From: Dimorphilus gyrociliatus
Lineage: Eukaryota > Animalia > Annelida
Direction: 5' to 3'
Length of the DNA: 64,000 nt
Assembly (NCBI GenBank): GCA_904063045.1
Contig: CAJFCJ010000019.1
Span: 1,937,700-2,001,699, forward strand
Shown: one piece after another, positions 49,503 through 62,024 of the stretch
How the letters are laid out: each line of letters starts with the position of its first letter
Position numbering within the stretch: the stretch's first letter is position 1
The notes under the pieces: model-generated
What the model was told of the DNA's origin: nothing
Seen by the model: the letters and a program-made list of their open reading frames with translations, nothing else
Databases searched by the model: none
Position numbers and translations under genes: made by a program

Positions 49503-51158
49503 AGAGGTTTTAGCGCGCACACTATACAACAGGAGAGTAAATACAATAAAAAATACCCTTTCAGCAGGAACCAGTCTATACCAACTAGTAGTCTATGATA
49601 TAGACTAGATGAAGACTTATTGCTGTAGATTCTACATCAAAGAGATCCCGACGAGAGCGACAAATGAACGTTCAATAGGCCATTTCCCCGACATGAAAGT
49701 CCAAGGGACAGTTGAAAGAAGTTGGCGAAAAATGGCTATTATATAGGTTTATTATAGGCCTATACAGTAAGAGAGATAAAAGCATCTTCTCTCTTTTTGC
49801 ACCCGCCCTATAAACAATGCACTGAAAACGCCGGCATTCTATAGAAGGGAAGCCTATTTATCAACAGTCGTGAAGGAAATAAAAAAGCCGTAAAAATTGT
49901 TAACTTTATCAATTAAACTAATCCCTGGCTTATCTTGTCGGTACGTGAATAGCATTAAACTTCATTTCTGTCTCCTATTGATCGGCCAGGTAAAGGGTAG
50001 CATAATAGAATAATCAATGTAGGGAGAAATTGGTAATTTTTGGTTTTGCTTAATTATTTACTGTCTATATGAAGTATGTCAATTTTGAAATTGACGTGGC
50101 GTAACTTGATTTTTTTTTCATTGTACACAGCAACTTTTTTTTTTATTGCAGTCTGGTAATTATTTGCTAGCGATCGAATTCTATATAATTGAGATAAAAT
50201 TGAATCTGTAAAAATTCAGTGGCTCCATCTATCATTTATCCCATTTATACTATAATCTAAAAAAAGAAGGGGACTCTTTATTTATAGTTTGTCCTCATTT
50301 TACTTTTATTTGTAAAAGAAGAGCAAATAAAAACTTCTAAGCAAAAAAAAAAAAGAAAGGTCGACTGCAAAAGGGTTGACAGACCAACAGCATTAATGAA
50401 TAGTAGAGAATTTTTTCTCTGGTAATTTTTCTTTGTTTACAAACTACTTTATGACAAACTTTTTCTTCATCTTTTACTTAGGCTATATTGTATAAATCTA
50501 TTTTCATTTCCTTTTCTCTCACTCATTCCGTCATTCTTTTTATTCTCATCTCTATCTCATTATAGTTCTATCCTGTTCTCTTTCTCTTTTTATGGGTAAG
50601 TTTATATACGTGTTTGTGTCTGTGTGTCTGTCTGTATATATATATATATATGTGTGTGTGTCTGTGTATATGTGTATGTATATATCTGTCTATGTCTGAA
50701 CGCAAGAGTACACAATATGTAGAACAGGCTATTTATTTCACTATTTCTCTCTTTTTTTCTCAGTATTTATATACAATAAATCTAATATTTATACACTCTT
50801 CTTACTTCCTTAAAATCAAAAATAACCCCACCTCCTCAACGATTTTATTACCATAAGATCAAAATTTATTACCTATCCATTAGTTTCAACGTCGCCCACG
50901 ATCGAATCTACTTATACTGTAGGCCTACCAATGAAATTTCTTTACTCACCGCAAAAGAAGATATAAAGAAATGAGAGGAAGGCGATTGTTACCCCATCTT
51001 CAGTATATAATGATAATTACAAAATCTGAAAAATATAAAGACAAAAAAAACAATGTTATAATTTAGTGAAAAAGGTTAGCAAAGAGGTCAAAAAGTGGCT
51101 AATTAGTGCCTATACGTCTATTTATAGATTATATGGATACAGCATATATAAATATATA

Positions 51159-51161
<3 letters not shown>

Positions 51162-51214
<53 letters not shown>
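51162..51214. repeat. (TA)n microsatellite
   Basis: Direct dinucleotide run. Confidence 0.9.
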
Positions 51215-51218
<4 letters not shown>

Positions 51219-51707
51219 TATGTATTTATTATTTATTTAGCTGTCACTTATGCACAATGTATTTTGCCCTAATTGATCATTTCCCTTCACTATACCTATA
51301 GAATTACTCAAAATTCAAAATAGGAAGTTGAAGGTTAGGGTTAGGGTTATTATCGAAGTAATTGTACTTTTTTTTTTTGCTTTTTTTGGGTAGAGGAATG
51401 TTGGGGGTGGGGAACTTGGTTGCCTTCTATGTGATGATTAGTATACGTACTTGAATATTTTCATATATATATATATATATATATATACACTGTACATAAT
51501 ATATACATCATTTCAAACTCATACCAATTTTATTGTTTTCTCCTAATGGAATTTTCCTTAGAAACACTATAATTAAGAATTAATAATCTCTCTATAGATA
51601 TTAGGCAGGATTTAATGATAATTTCAATTTCATATTTCTCCTTTGCCTCTGATCATTAAAGAGGGCTAATTACACGATAGAAGGAGTTGGATAACAGATA
51701 CACTATA

Positions 51708-52604
51708 CAGTCGCGATATTAAGTAATTATAACAAGAGTAAAAATATCTAAAATTCGAAATATCTTGATTTACAAATGAAGTTTATGGTTAGGAATAATT
51801 TTTTCTGTAAGAGAGATGACTTATGAAGCATCAGGCAAAATTTTTTAAAATATCTATATTTTAATGATCAGTTTTTCAGTCTTTTTTTTTACAATACTAT
51901 GAATTTAGACCGCTATTAAGTAATTATAACAAATCAATCAGGTCCATCAAAAGTACTTTTTTTATTTTACTTATACATTTTTAGAAGGCAAATGATTGTA
52001 AATGATAAAATTTTCAAATTTAATACTTGGTATGTATGCCTTTTGCCTTTCTTGCTGCATTTAGCCTCCTTTCAATAGAGGCATACAATCCCTGTATCTC
52101 AAAATTTGATATTTTGAAAAATTCCTTCTCAAAAATTTCCCACAGCTCTTTCAAATTTCTCCTGGCGATTTTATGTGGTCTACCAGACATATGCAGGTCA
52201 TTTATTGTTCTAAATTGCTTGAACTGATTCTTTATATTCTGCACTGTAACTGGGCTGCAATTAAATTTTGCTGTTATGCCTTGAATGGTCAATTTTGGCC
52301 TGCTTAAGTGGAACAGGATATCTTTGCAGATTTCTAAAGATAGCTGATGCATTTTTTAATAATTATGAGGTCATAATGATGATGTTATAATTACTTAATA
52401 GCTGTCTAAATTCATAGTATGGTAAAAAAGAAAGATAAATTGATTCTTAAAATATAGATATTTATCTGAAATTTTCCATCATGTTTCACAAGTCATCTAT
52501 CCTATACAAAAAAATATTCACAACCATACACTTTATTCCTAAATCAAAATATTTCGATTTTTAGACATTTTTACTCTTCTTATAATTACTTAATATCGCG
52601 ACTG
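51708..52604 (-). mobile_element. Non-autonomous Tc1-like IR-DR DNA transposon (897 bp, TA target duplication)
   Basis: About 225-bp inverted repeats starting CAGTCGCGATATTAAGTAATTATAA at both ends, inner direct repeats, flanking TA; ORF 52352-52020 has HTH...GRP and the Tc1 C-terminal RRL.A..KAKG.HTKY. Confidence 0.92.
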
Positions 52605-54351
52605 TATATATATATATATAATAAATCTTTCTGTCAGCTATTGATTTTCTTGTAGTTTAATAGCATTAATATCGGTTTTCAATTGGTAATAATGTTTATA
52701 AAGAGTAAAACCTTTACGATTTTCCATCAAAATATTAATATCTCAATTTAATTTTCATTTCTAGAGAAGTAAAGGTAGAACAAATTTTTCACTGTTACTA
52801 TGGTTTTTATCTAATAATAACAATAATAATAAGTAATTATAAGGTATAAAATAACATTTTATTATCCCCGTGAGAAATTAAACAGTGACGTTCGTTTTTT
52901 TTTTATTTTTTTGATTATTTAAGTAAATATAGAATGGCAGGAGAGAACAATTAAAAAAATTAACGTCAACTATTGAAGCAAAGAGAAAGAGAAAAGAAAG
53001 GGAATAGTAGAGATAAACACGGAATATAGATATATAGATTTCTCTTTATATATACTCTAAAACATATTTCCAAAAGGTGTATTTATAATATAATAATGAG
53101 TATATGATATTCTTATCCAGCACCCACTTTTTCCTATATTTTCACCTTTTTAAATGAATAGAAATATCAAGCGTAACTAAGAAATAGTCTTATATTTCAA
53201 CACGATTCTTTTCGTTAATATTTTATTAATGTTGACATAAGAAAAGTTCTATAATTGAAAGAATCAAGAAAGGAGTTTGCCTTGATAATAATGAAAAACA
53301 ATAGCATCTTTTCTGACACCTAAATCTTGATTGAATACCTAATCGACTCGATAAGCCATTAGAAAGGGTTAGGACTACTCCTTTAAGTTACCTCTTTCTG
53401 TATAAGCATGAACTGGAAAACGGAGAAAGACAAAAGCAAAACAATAGAAGAAGACCTAGCTATAATAGTCATTTACTTTTCTTTTCGTCTCTTCTTATTC
53501 TTAAAGCAGATAGAGAAATGAATTAGGAGAGTAAAAGATGAGATTTAAAGCTTTAAAAATATATAATAACAGAAAAACAAGTACATTTTTCTTACTTTGT
53601 TCTTTTTATTCTATTCTTTTATTTATTCACTTGCTCTCTTTCTCTCTATTTGACTCTCTGACTCTATTCTCTTTTCCTTTCAAGCCTTTTGTTTATATTT
53701 ATTCACTTTAATAAACCTTTATATAACTTGTTTATTTAATTTTGTTTTCAGTCTTTACGCTATATAAATATTTCAGTAATCTCTTTATAAACAATCAACT
53801 TTTTAATGACGTTAACAAAAAAATAAAGAAGAGACCGTATGAATATATAATAAAGGGATAAATATACTGCAAAATTAACATAATGACAATAATAGAAACA
53901 TAAAAACATTTGTCCCTTCTTCATTAACTAAAGATAAAAAGCTATTTTTAGGTTTAATATATATGTAAATTTAAGCAAAACAAAATATAATAACTATGTA
54001 TTGAATATTCAATATTTTATATTCTGATAAAATAGGTCAATCTTAGACATAGCATTTTAAAGCAAATATACATAAAGGAACATGCAAAATATCCAATAAA
54101 TATTGAATGTAAAGAAATATGAAAAAAAACAAACTTTACTTTTATGGTATATTAATCAAGTAGATATATATTAGCTGTTACACACACACACACACACATA
54201 CATACATACATACATGCACATATATATATGAATTATCATAGTATATAATAAATGATAAGATAAAAATAAATATACATTTATACACAGTATATTCCGTTAT
54301 ATATTGTAAGTCAATAATCTGTAAAGAGAAACCCTTTTTTTGTTTGCTTTT

Positions 54352-55152
54352 CTATGTCTTTGAAGGATGAATTACATTTGACATTTGCGTTTCATATTTA
54401 GGCCTTAGCTCTTTCTTGTATATATAGAATATGATAACATTTATCCAACTATTACTAAATGATAATAGATTAAACACTAAGATCCAATATTTTGAATTGA
54501 AATCAATTAATTGAGAAATTATAAATGGTTGATTACAAATAATTAATAGAACTGTTAGAATAAGCGTCATATAGGCGTCTTCTTTTTGTTTGCCATCTTT
54601 GAATCGTTTTCCTTTTAGAATGAGAAATGAAGAGAATAGATTAATAGATATTGGCAAAACATATAAGAGTGCTATATCAGTATAGATATATCTTTTATCT
54701 TCTATCATACAATTCTTCGAAGAACCTGTTGTATTAATTTTGCAATCTTCAGTAGGAAGAAGATCAAACTGAAATGAACCTGTAATAGCGTAGAGAAATG
54801 ATAATATCCAAAGAGAAATTAATGAAGCAATAACGAGAGATTTCTTCCAGGTTCTGCACTTTGAAACCGCTATAAAGATAATTGAAAAGAAACTGGAAGT
54901 TGTTGAAAGTTTTGCGAAATAGTGGCAAACTTTACATAATATTCTTCCTATATATTCTTCCGAATAGAGGGCAGTCATATGGCCAGGAATGACCAGGAAT
55001 GCTATGAGTATCCGAGAGATAATTAAGGATATAAAAAAATAGCTGGAATGAGATTTTAATGTTCTAAAAGCTGCCCGAAGTGTAAAGGAGTTCGCCAATA
55101 CAATAATAATTATGCTGAATGAGTAGGAAAGAAGAGCGGTAACTTGAAACAT
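54352..55152 (-). CDS. Divergent rhodopsin-class 7TM receptor (266 aa), intronless
   Basis: Seven hydrophobic segments, AN in TM1, LCK at TM3 start, LP in TM5, P in TM6, NS..N in TM7; DRY and NPxxY are degenerate. Confidence 0.7.
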   Translation of the reverse strand: MFQVTALLSYSFSIIIIVLANSFTLRAAFRTLKSHSSYFFISLIISRILIAFLVIPGHMTALYSEEYIGRILCKVCHYFAKLSTTSSFFSIIFIAVSKCRTWKKSLVIASLISLWILSFLYAITGSFQFDLLPTEDCKINTTGSSKNCMIEDKRYIYTDIALLYVLPISINLFSSFLILKGKRFKDGKQKEDAYMTLILTVLLIICNQPFIISQLIDFNSKYWILVFNLLSFSNSWINVIIFYIYKKELRPKYETQMSNVIHPSKT

Positions 55153-55215
55153 TCCGAGATTAGAATGATAATTGATGATCAATCAGATAAACGCCATCTA
55201 GTGAGTGTTGAATAA

Positions 55216-56597
55216 TTAATACACTTTATGCCATTTTTCTACTCGCTCCTTCTTCTTGGCAACCATTTCATTCCAATGTTCTAATTCCCGACCTCTCGCG
55301 AACATATGAGAACCGAGAGCCACTCTACCCAATTGCCTCTTTCTTTGACCGGTGAAACGTTGCATTACTGTAATGGAAACGCTTGCGTCTTGAACACTTT
55401 CATTAGCTAACTTAAAAGTAAAAGATTCGTTAAATACTGGGCAATCGCCTTTAGCCACATCCGATTGTTTCCTCTTAACTATTTTATTCGAAAGTAAATA
55501 CGTGATTTTGATGTAATAATTTTGCATATTTTTCTTTTCTAATCTAAACTTTCTACCTTCGAAAACGGAAACGGTTAAAAGACCAAGGCAGTCATTAAAC
55601 GCCAATGAAATTCGTAACTCTCCTTGCGGTTGCGGTAGACCGCTATCGTCCTTCTGCAAATCCCTCCAGGCGACTAGACGATCGTTCGATTCGCAATCGA
55701 CAACATTTTTTAGCGGATACAAAGCTCTGCCGATTATTGAGTGCTTCTTGCGTCTGTCGTAATCGTATACTGTCAGGCAAATAGCCCGTTCGTCGAACGA
55801 CCGGAAAGATGCGTGAAAAGCAAAAGTCTCCTCGAAATTGGGGTTATTCGTCTTCTTCTTGCATTTCGAATTTACGTGGCGTCTTTCGTCCGGCGTCAAA
55901 TGGATCCTAAAAGCGTTGAGAAAAAAAAAACATGCAAATAAATTTTAAATAGCCATCAACACAATTAAGCCTGTTGCATTCTTTCGACACTAGATGGCGT
56001 CGATAAAGAAAATATGTTCTACTGCATAAAATATGCTGAAGAATAAAAAACCAAGACAGAGATAGAAGAAGAGAAAAATTACTCTAGTTGATGAAAAAAT
56101 CATAGAAGATTTAATTAAAGAATACAACAATACAAAAAGTAATGGAGGAGGAGGAGAGGAAGAAGAAGAAGAAGAAACAATCAAAAGTGTAAACAAGAAC
56201 AGAACTATTAACTTAAATTTAAGTTTCGTGTAGAATCTCAATTATTTCCTCCTCCACAACATTCATATAATCGTTATACACGCTACATAGGCCTAGATCG
56301 AGACGAAGACAGAGCGTAATATTTTCTATTTTACATCCTCTTTTCTGGCAGCATAAAACATGATTAAATTTCCAATTTAATGCGTAGTTAATTTCCTGAA
56401 AATATTATATCCACTTCACGCAGAGGGGTTTTAGATTTGTATATATTTATATAAATATATATGTCAATTACATATATTTAAAGAAATATTAAACCATATT
56501 CATACAACAGAATAGAATAACAACCAGAGGAAAATTAATTTTAATTAGAATTTTCCTTGACTATTGAATCTTCCCCTTCTTTCTTTCTTTCACTCAC

Positions 56598-56645
<48 letters not shown>

Positions 56646-57326
56646 CCTACCTACCTACCTCTCTATCTATCCCTCTTTCATTCAGTCTAGCTATCTATTT
56701 ATTTCTTTTCTTTTTCTTTTCTTTCTCTTTATTAAATATTAATAAAAAGTTCTTTTCAATTTCTTCTTCTTTATTTCTCTTCTTTGATACTATTTTTTTT
56801 AATATAAATACACCAAACCAAAACCGAAGAAAAGAAGCAAAAAAACCTTCGAACGTTAATTATTTATAAAGAAAGAACTGTAACTATTTTTTCCTTTCCA
56901 CAATTTAATTTGAATATAGCAAAATACTAAAGTAAGAGAATATTCTTTGTTTGTATATTGTGTGAATATTTAGGGCGAAAACAAACCTTCAATAAACATT
57001 TCCTTATTTATACAAAAGGGGAAAGGGAAGAGGGGAGAGGGGCGTTGAAATCATTTTTCTCTTTAAACTTAATTGATAAATTGAAAAAATCGTAACAGTA
57101 GTTACAAGAAAATCAGTTAAGGAAGAAAAGCAAGAGAGATAGAGATGGGATGCAAGAGAGATGGAGAGAAAAATATAAAAAAAGATGGGAAAATGATTTA
57201 TTATTTAGAAACTTTGTCGTTAGGGATAAATAAAGACAAGAGAACATCAATTTCACTTTTACTTAACTTTTCGAGAATCGTGAAAAGAATACATTCCACG
57301 AAGAAGGCGTGAGGGAGAGAGTGTGG

Positions 57327-57361
<35 letters not shown>

Positions 57362-60300
57362 CAAGAGAAAGAGAGAGGGGAGGGGGGAGAGAATAAATGA
57401 AAGAAAGATGGAAATAATGAAAAAAAGACACCGAGATAAAATATGATTTGGACATTTTAAGTAGTGGATTTTTCTTTTAAAGAGTCAAATACTTGAAGAA
57501 TAAAAAATTCTTTGATATACAGTAATACTAGACATTATGGACATGCGTATGCATTTACATATACATCGTCTATATACAGATAGAAAGTATATATGGCACG
57601 TTGTCTACTATATTCTTTAAAGTATTGGATACATTTATAGATATTTAAGTATATGTAAGGTAAAATGATTCTCTTACAAAGAGTACATCATCTCAATTTA
57701 ATAAGTGTTTATTTGATATTTTAAAAAGTATAAATTGATTTACCTACGTCTTTCTTATGCCTAATTCTTATAATTTATATCAAGATGAAAATTACTCTTT
57801 TCTTTTTATACTTCTTCTTCCTTTTTTTGTTCTGTTTATTCTTCTCCTTCTCCTTCTTCTTCTTCTTCTTCTTCTTCCTGCTCTTGTTCTTGTTCTACTA
57901 CTACTTCTCCTCACTCCTTCCTTGAAATTTTTTCTATTTACACCTCTATATTCCTACTAATGACTTTACTGGTAAAAACTTTCCCATACTAATCTTAATC
58001 CTTTAGAAAACTTGATACTGAGAAAATGTAGGAGTGAAGAGGTCTATCTTATAGCTCTTTTAGCTTTTTTTTTCTTCCTTTTTTTCTCTTTTCCTAACAC
58101 ACAACATCTTAACAAAGTAGGCCTGTAATCTTTAATAACACAAGCCGTAATGCTACCAAATAAGGAAATATCTTTAGTCAACTCTTTCTCAGCAAGCCCA
58201 TGGGGTTGCAAAAGATTTTCATACTCCGTCTCCTCCCTACTCGTTTAAGCTTAACCACACGATGCGGATATTGTCAATATGACTATACATATATGCATAG
58301 ATATACTGTATACATATATATATATATATATATACTGTGGACTGTATATATGTAAATGTATATATATAGATATATTTAATTATGGTTGACTAATGAAATT
58401 TTTTTCATCTCTTTTCATGTTAAATTTCAAATCAATGTTTTCATTTCTTACCTTACGAATGGATCACATACACCGTTTCCTTGAATCAATAAATTCCTCG
58501 CTTTCATTATTGTTACCAACAGCTTTTCGCTTTCTCTTTCGTATTGTACGGCAAACCAAATCCGGCCTACGTGATCTGGCGTCACTTCGTAATCGTCGTC
58601 AGCGTCTACTTCGCGATATAAAGCCGGGTCGATGGCTCCCAAACAGGCTCCTGTTTAAATAGAAAGGTACTTGAAGCTTATCTTGATATATTGCAATAGG
58701 CGTCTTTTTTTATTTTCTGTATAGTATCAAAGAACCTTCCAGCAAATTTCGTTAGGCCTAACGAACGCCGTCTTTTGTCACACCTTGAATAATAAGTTCT
58801 TTTCCATATAAAAGAGTTTTTTTTTCAATTAAAACAACACGTTGTGTATAGACTAATGTCTTACTATATTAGATTATTCTAGTTTTTGTTGACTTCTTAC
58901 TTCTTAATTGAAGATTTTCTGGATTTTTTCTATATATTTCATCTCTGAAGCCGTACAATCTTACCTTGAAACTCAGTTGCAGCTGAATCTAAGGAGTACC
59001 TCTTCGCCCTGATCGGCGATGGTGGTTCACTAGAAATATCTTCAGTTCTCCTCTGGGTCGGCACGGTGAAGGGAATCGGTTTCAAACTGCCGGGTAAAAT
59101 GACCAGTGAAGAAGATTTCTTACGGAGCGGAGCGTTTAACATCGCGGAATGATAAAAACGAACGTAGGAGGCGTTAGTGTAGCGGGCGTTTTCACAAGAC
59201 GACTTTATTAGCGAGATATATACAAACGAGACATTAATCTGGATTTATGCTATGTTTTTTACAAATATTCTATAAAGGAAAACGGCTATCGGAAATTATA
59301 TTTATATATATATAAATATATATATAATGGTTTTCGCCAGAAGTACAAGTCGTGCTCTCTTTTTGAAAATATATTCTGTTTCTTAGTTAGGAAACTATAA
59401 AGTCCGCTAGGTGGCGTAAGGTGACGGTCAGTAAGATGGATCATAGCGTTTCGACTGGAAAAAAAGAAAATAAAAAAATTTAGACTACTTTAGAAGAAAA
59501 TTATTTATAAACTTTTACCGATCCGAAACGAGGAGGGAAATAGGAACAATCGTCAGGAAGTTTGAAAACGTTCTCGTCGATCGTCTGCACGCTCAGATTC
59601 GTGTACTTAATCGATTCAACTTCGGCATATCCTGTTCGATCAATTTTTTCGCAATTACAAAAAATTATAGATCAATATTTTGTTACCTTTGGTCTTGTAA
59701 AAGATCTCCTCGAAAACCGGAACGCAGTTTTCCCTGTTCACAGCTGATCTAACGGTTGAGTTAACACCCGGAAACTTCCACAAGTCTATCTCAACGTTTC
59801 CGACAAGCGTCTCTTTACCCAAGTACTCGGCTTCCTTTGGAACACACATTGCCCTCTCTTTTTGCCGAGTTCCGTGTCCTCGGCAGCCCCGGCTTGATAT
59901 CGAGTAGGCCATACCCTGCAATCGTCAGTATGAAAGCTATTGTCTAAGGATTCACTGTGAGACAAAGCCGCTTTGAAATGTCAACGGCTCCTTCCTCTAA
60001 TGAGTTTATTTGCTACCGAAGAGCGTCTCCTGTTAACGCCTTTTTCGACATCAAACACGGCTACCCCCGTGAGGCGTCTAGTCGTTAAATATTTCAAAAG
60101 AAACAACTTTTGCTTACCTTGCCAAAATCCAAAACTGCTCTACTCCTCCCCTTGTAAATTATGGCCATTCTCCTTCCCTCGAAGTCATAATATACGTCCA
60201 TCGAATTTCCTCCAGACGCCGAACGTCCATGTTCCAAATCAAATTGGTAAGAAGTGGAAGAAACGGTCGCGCTCCAACGTCCCGGTACGCAACGGCAGCC

Positions 60301-61221
60301 GGGCGTCGAGCAAAGTAAAGTCGAAAAAGAAACGCCGGCGATTAGGAGCGCGAACCAACGCTTCATCGTTCCAAGTGACAGCTATGGCGTTGCGGGCGGT
60401 GCAGTGACGTCAACGTGCGCAGAGATATTTATACTATGTATATGCTTTTTGCAGTATATATACATTATATTCCTGGGAATATATCTTAAGGGAACTTGAA
60501 TAAAATTTGCAAAAAGGGCATTTCACTTTAAAAACGAAATAGATTTGAGTATTAGGGGCGCTATACCTCCGTTCGTTTTTATCTCTTCCGCATTCTTTTT
60601 AAAAACTCATTTTTTAGAGACGCCGCATTAAAAAAACTATACCAAAGAGAGATTGGGAGTGGGGAAAGGAGGGGCATAATTGAGAGAACGTAAGAGGAAA
60701 TACCAATATTATATTGTCTCTATAGGTGATGAACAAGAAAGAGGGAGAGAGATGGAAGAATAGAACTCGTGCGAACGCGGAGATAAAGAAGAAATGAAAA
60801 AGAAGGCGGCGATGATAAAGAGAAAAACGATGAGAACAACAACAAACAACAAAGCGTAACATTCAAATGATTTAATTAATTAGAGTATATGGAATTTCTT
60901 TTTAGTATTTCGCAGATCTTAAAAAAACATTCGGCCGTCGGAAATGATTAGTTCACGATTCAATAATTTAGAAAAACAATGCTCACCCACAAGATGGCGC
61001 AGCTGAATGACGTCTGTGGAAGGATATAATTGACTCCCTTCTACTCGCGGCTATGGATGATGTCCTAGTAGATGGCAAAGATTCCGGTATTGAGTCGTAG
61101 TCATTCTTTAACGAATTCACTTCTCGTCGCCTCCTCACGAACCATAACATTAGACGGATAAGAATAAGAGACGCTACCAAGCCTACTAGAACGCAGGCGA
61201 ACGTTGGCCAAATGATTCGCG
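55216..61221 (-). CDS. SYT15: Synaptotagmin-15-like (TM + C2A + C2B); exons 61221-60987, 60719-60704, 59118-58965, 58650-58452, 55906-55216; first coding exon not located
   Basis: GAIDPALY, GRIWFAVQYE..SEKLLV, LTPDERR..SK.KKKT.NPNFEE.F, and G..MFARGRELEHWNEM...E.VEKWH match SYT15; Ca-binding Asp set incomplete. Confidence 0.85.
56601..56642. repeat. (CT)n microsatellite in a SYT15 intron
   Basis: Direct dinucleotide run. Confidence 0.9.
59428..60366 (-). CDS. EPDR: Ependymin-related protein (205 aa), nested in a SYT15 intron; exons 60366-60118, 59915-59687, 59631-59519, 59454-59428
   Basis: Signal peptide, C.CVP.RW, YYDF..RR, CVPKEAEYLG, DLW, CVPV.E, YTN......D..VF.LP.DC ependymin pattern; all junctions canonical and in frame. 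Confidence 0.85.
60405..60412. promoter_or_regulatory. Full palindromic CRE (TGACGTCA) about 40 bp upstream of the EPDR ATG
   Basis: Exact consensus in a GC-rich patch. Confidence 0.5.
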
Positions 61222-61709
61222 CTGCACAAACAAATAAGAGTATAAAAAGAAATAAACCACAGAATTTGTTAGAAATTCATAGAAAATGCCTAAATTTAGC
61301 TCATAACCAACCAAGACGATTAACAAAGAGCATAAACAGAAGAAAAAAAGAGTTTACGAAGAAAAGAACATCTTTAAAAAACAAAAAAAAGGAAAAGTAC
61401 TAAATGAACATGAACAACAGACAGCTTACAAACAAAGCCGAAGGCCAAGATAAAGAGACGCTAGACGAAAAAAAACAAAAATTATTTCTTTTTTTTTCAT
61501 ATCTTAGGCCTAGAAGGAAACAAAGTGTTTTTTTTTTGTTTTAAAATAACTCTAACGTCTAATTTAAAGCTATCCGGATCGAATCAAGTTCAATAATGGC
61601 TGGTTTAATTGAAGCGTAAAAAAGAAAGCCTAGACTTTATATAAATAGTTAGATTGCTATAAATAGAGAAATAGCAAATATAAGGAAAAAAGTGAAAAAC
61701 TAGCAAAGG

Positions 61710-61744
<35 letters not shown>

Positions 61745-62024
61745 TTAAGAGAAAGTGAGAACAAAGATAAAGGTTAAGGAGAGTGGCAAGCAAAAAGCAG
61801 AGACGGCTAAAAAGAAAAGGAGAAGAAGAAAAGTAAAGAGGTAGCTTTTGGTACAGTTAGAACTGAATTGGTTTTTTTCCGTTTAAATGATGTTTATTCT
61901 CCTCGAGAAAAATATTTATAAATACCAAGAGACCGACTGCTGAGATGATTATAATTAAGGAAAATCGTAAACTGGTATAAAATCGAAAGTGTAGTTTTTT
62001 ACCGATTAATTGGATTTTTGCAAT

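Noticed and set aside
51335-51346. Two TTAGGG units
   Set aside because: Too short to call an interstitial telomeric repeat.
55152-55218. Stop-codon readthrough fusion of SYT15 to the 7TM ORF
   Set aside because: In frame, but three stops (TAA, TAG, TGA) intervene.
49220-57960. Hydrophobic or low-complexity ORFs (49220, 50614, 56557, 56564, 57201, 57757)
   Set aside because: Produced by CT/GA/TA/CTT microsatellites and pyrimidine tracts.
59973-60499. Plus-strand ORFs of 144 and 81 aa
   Set aside because: Antisense to the GC-rich EPDR exon 1 and its intron.
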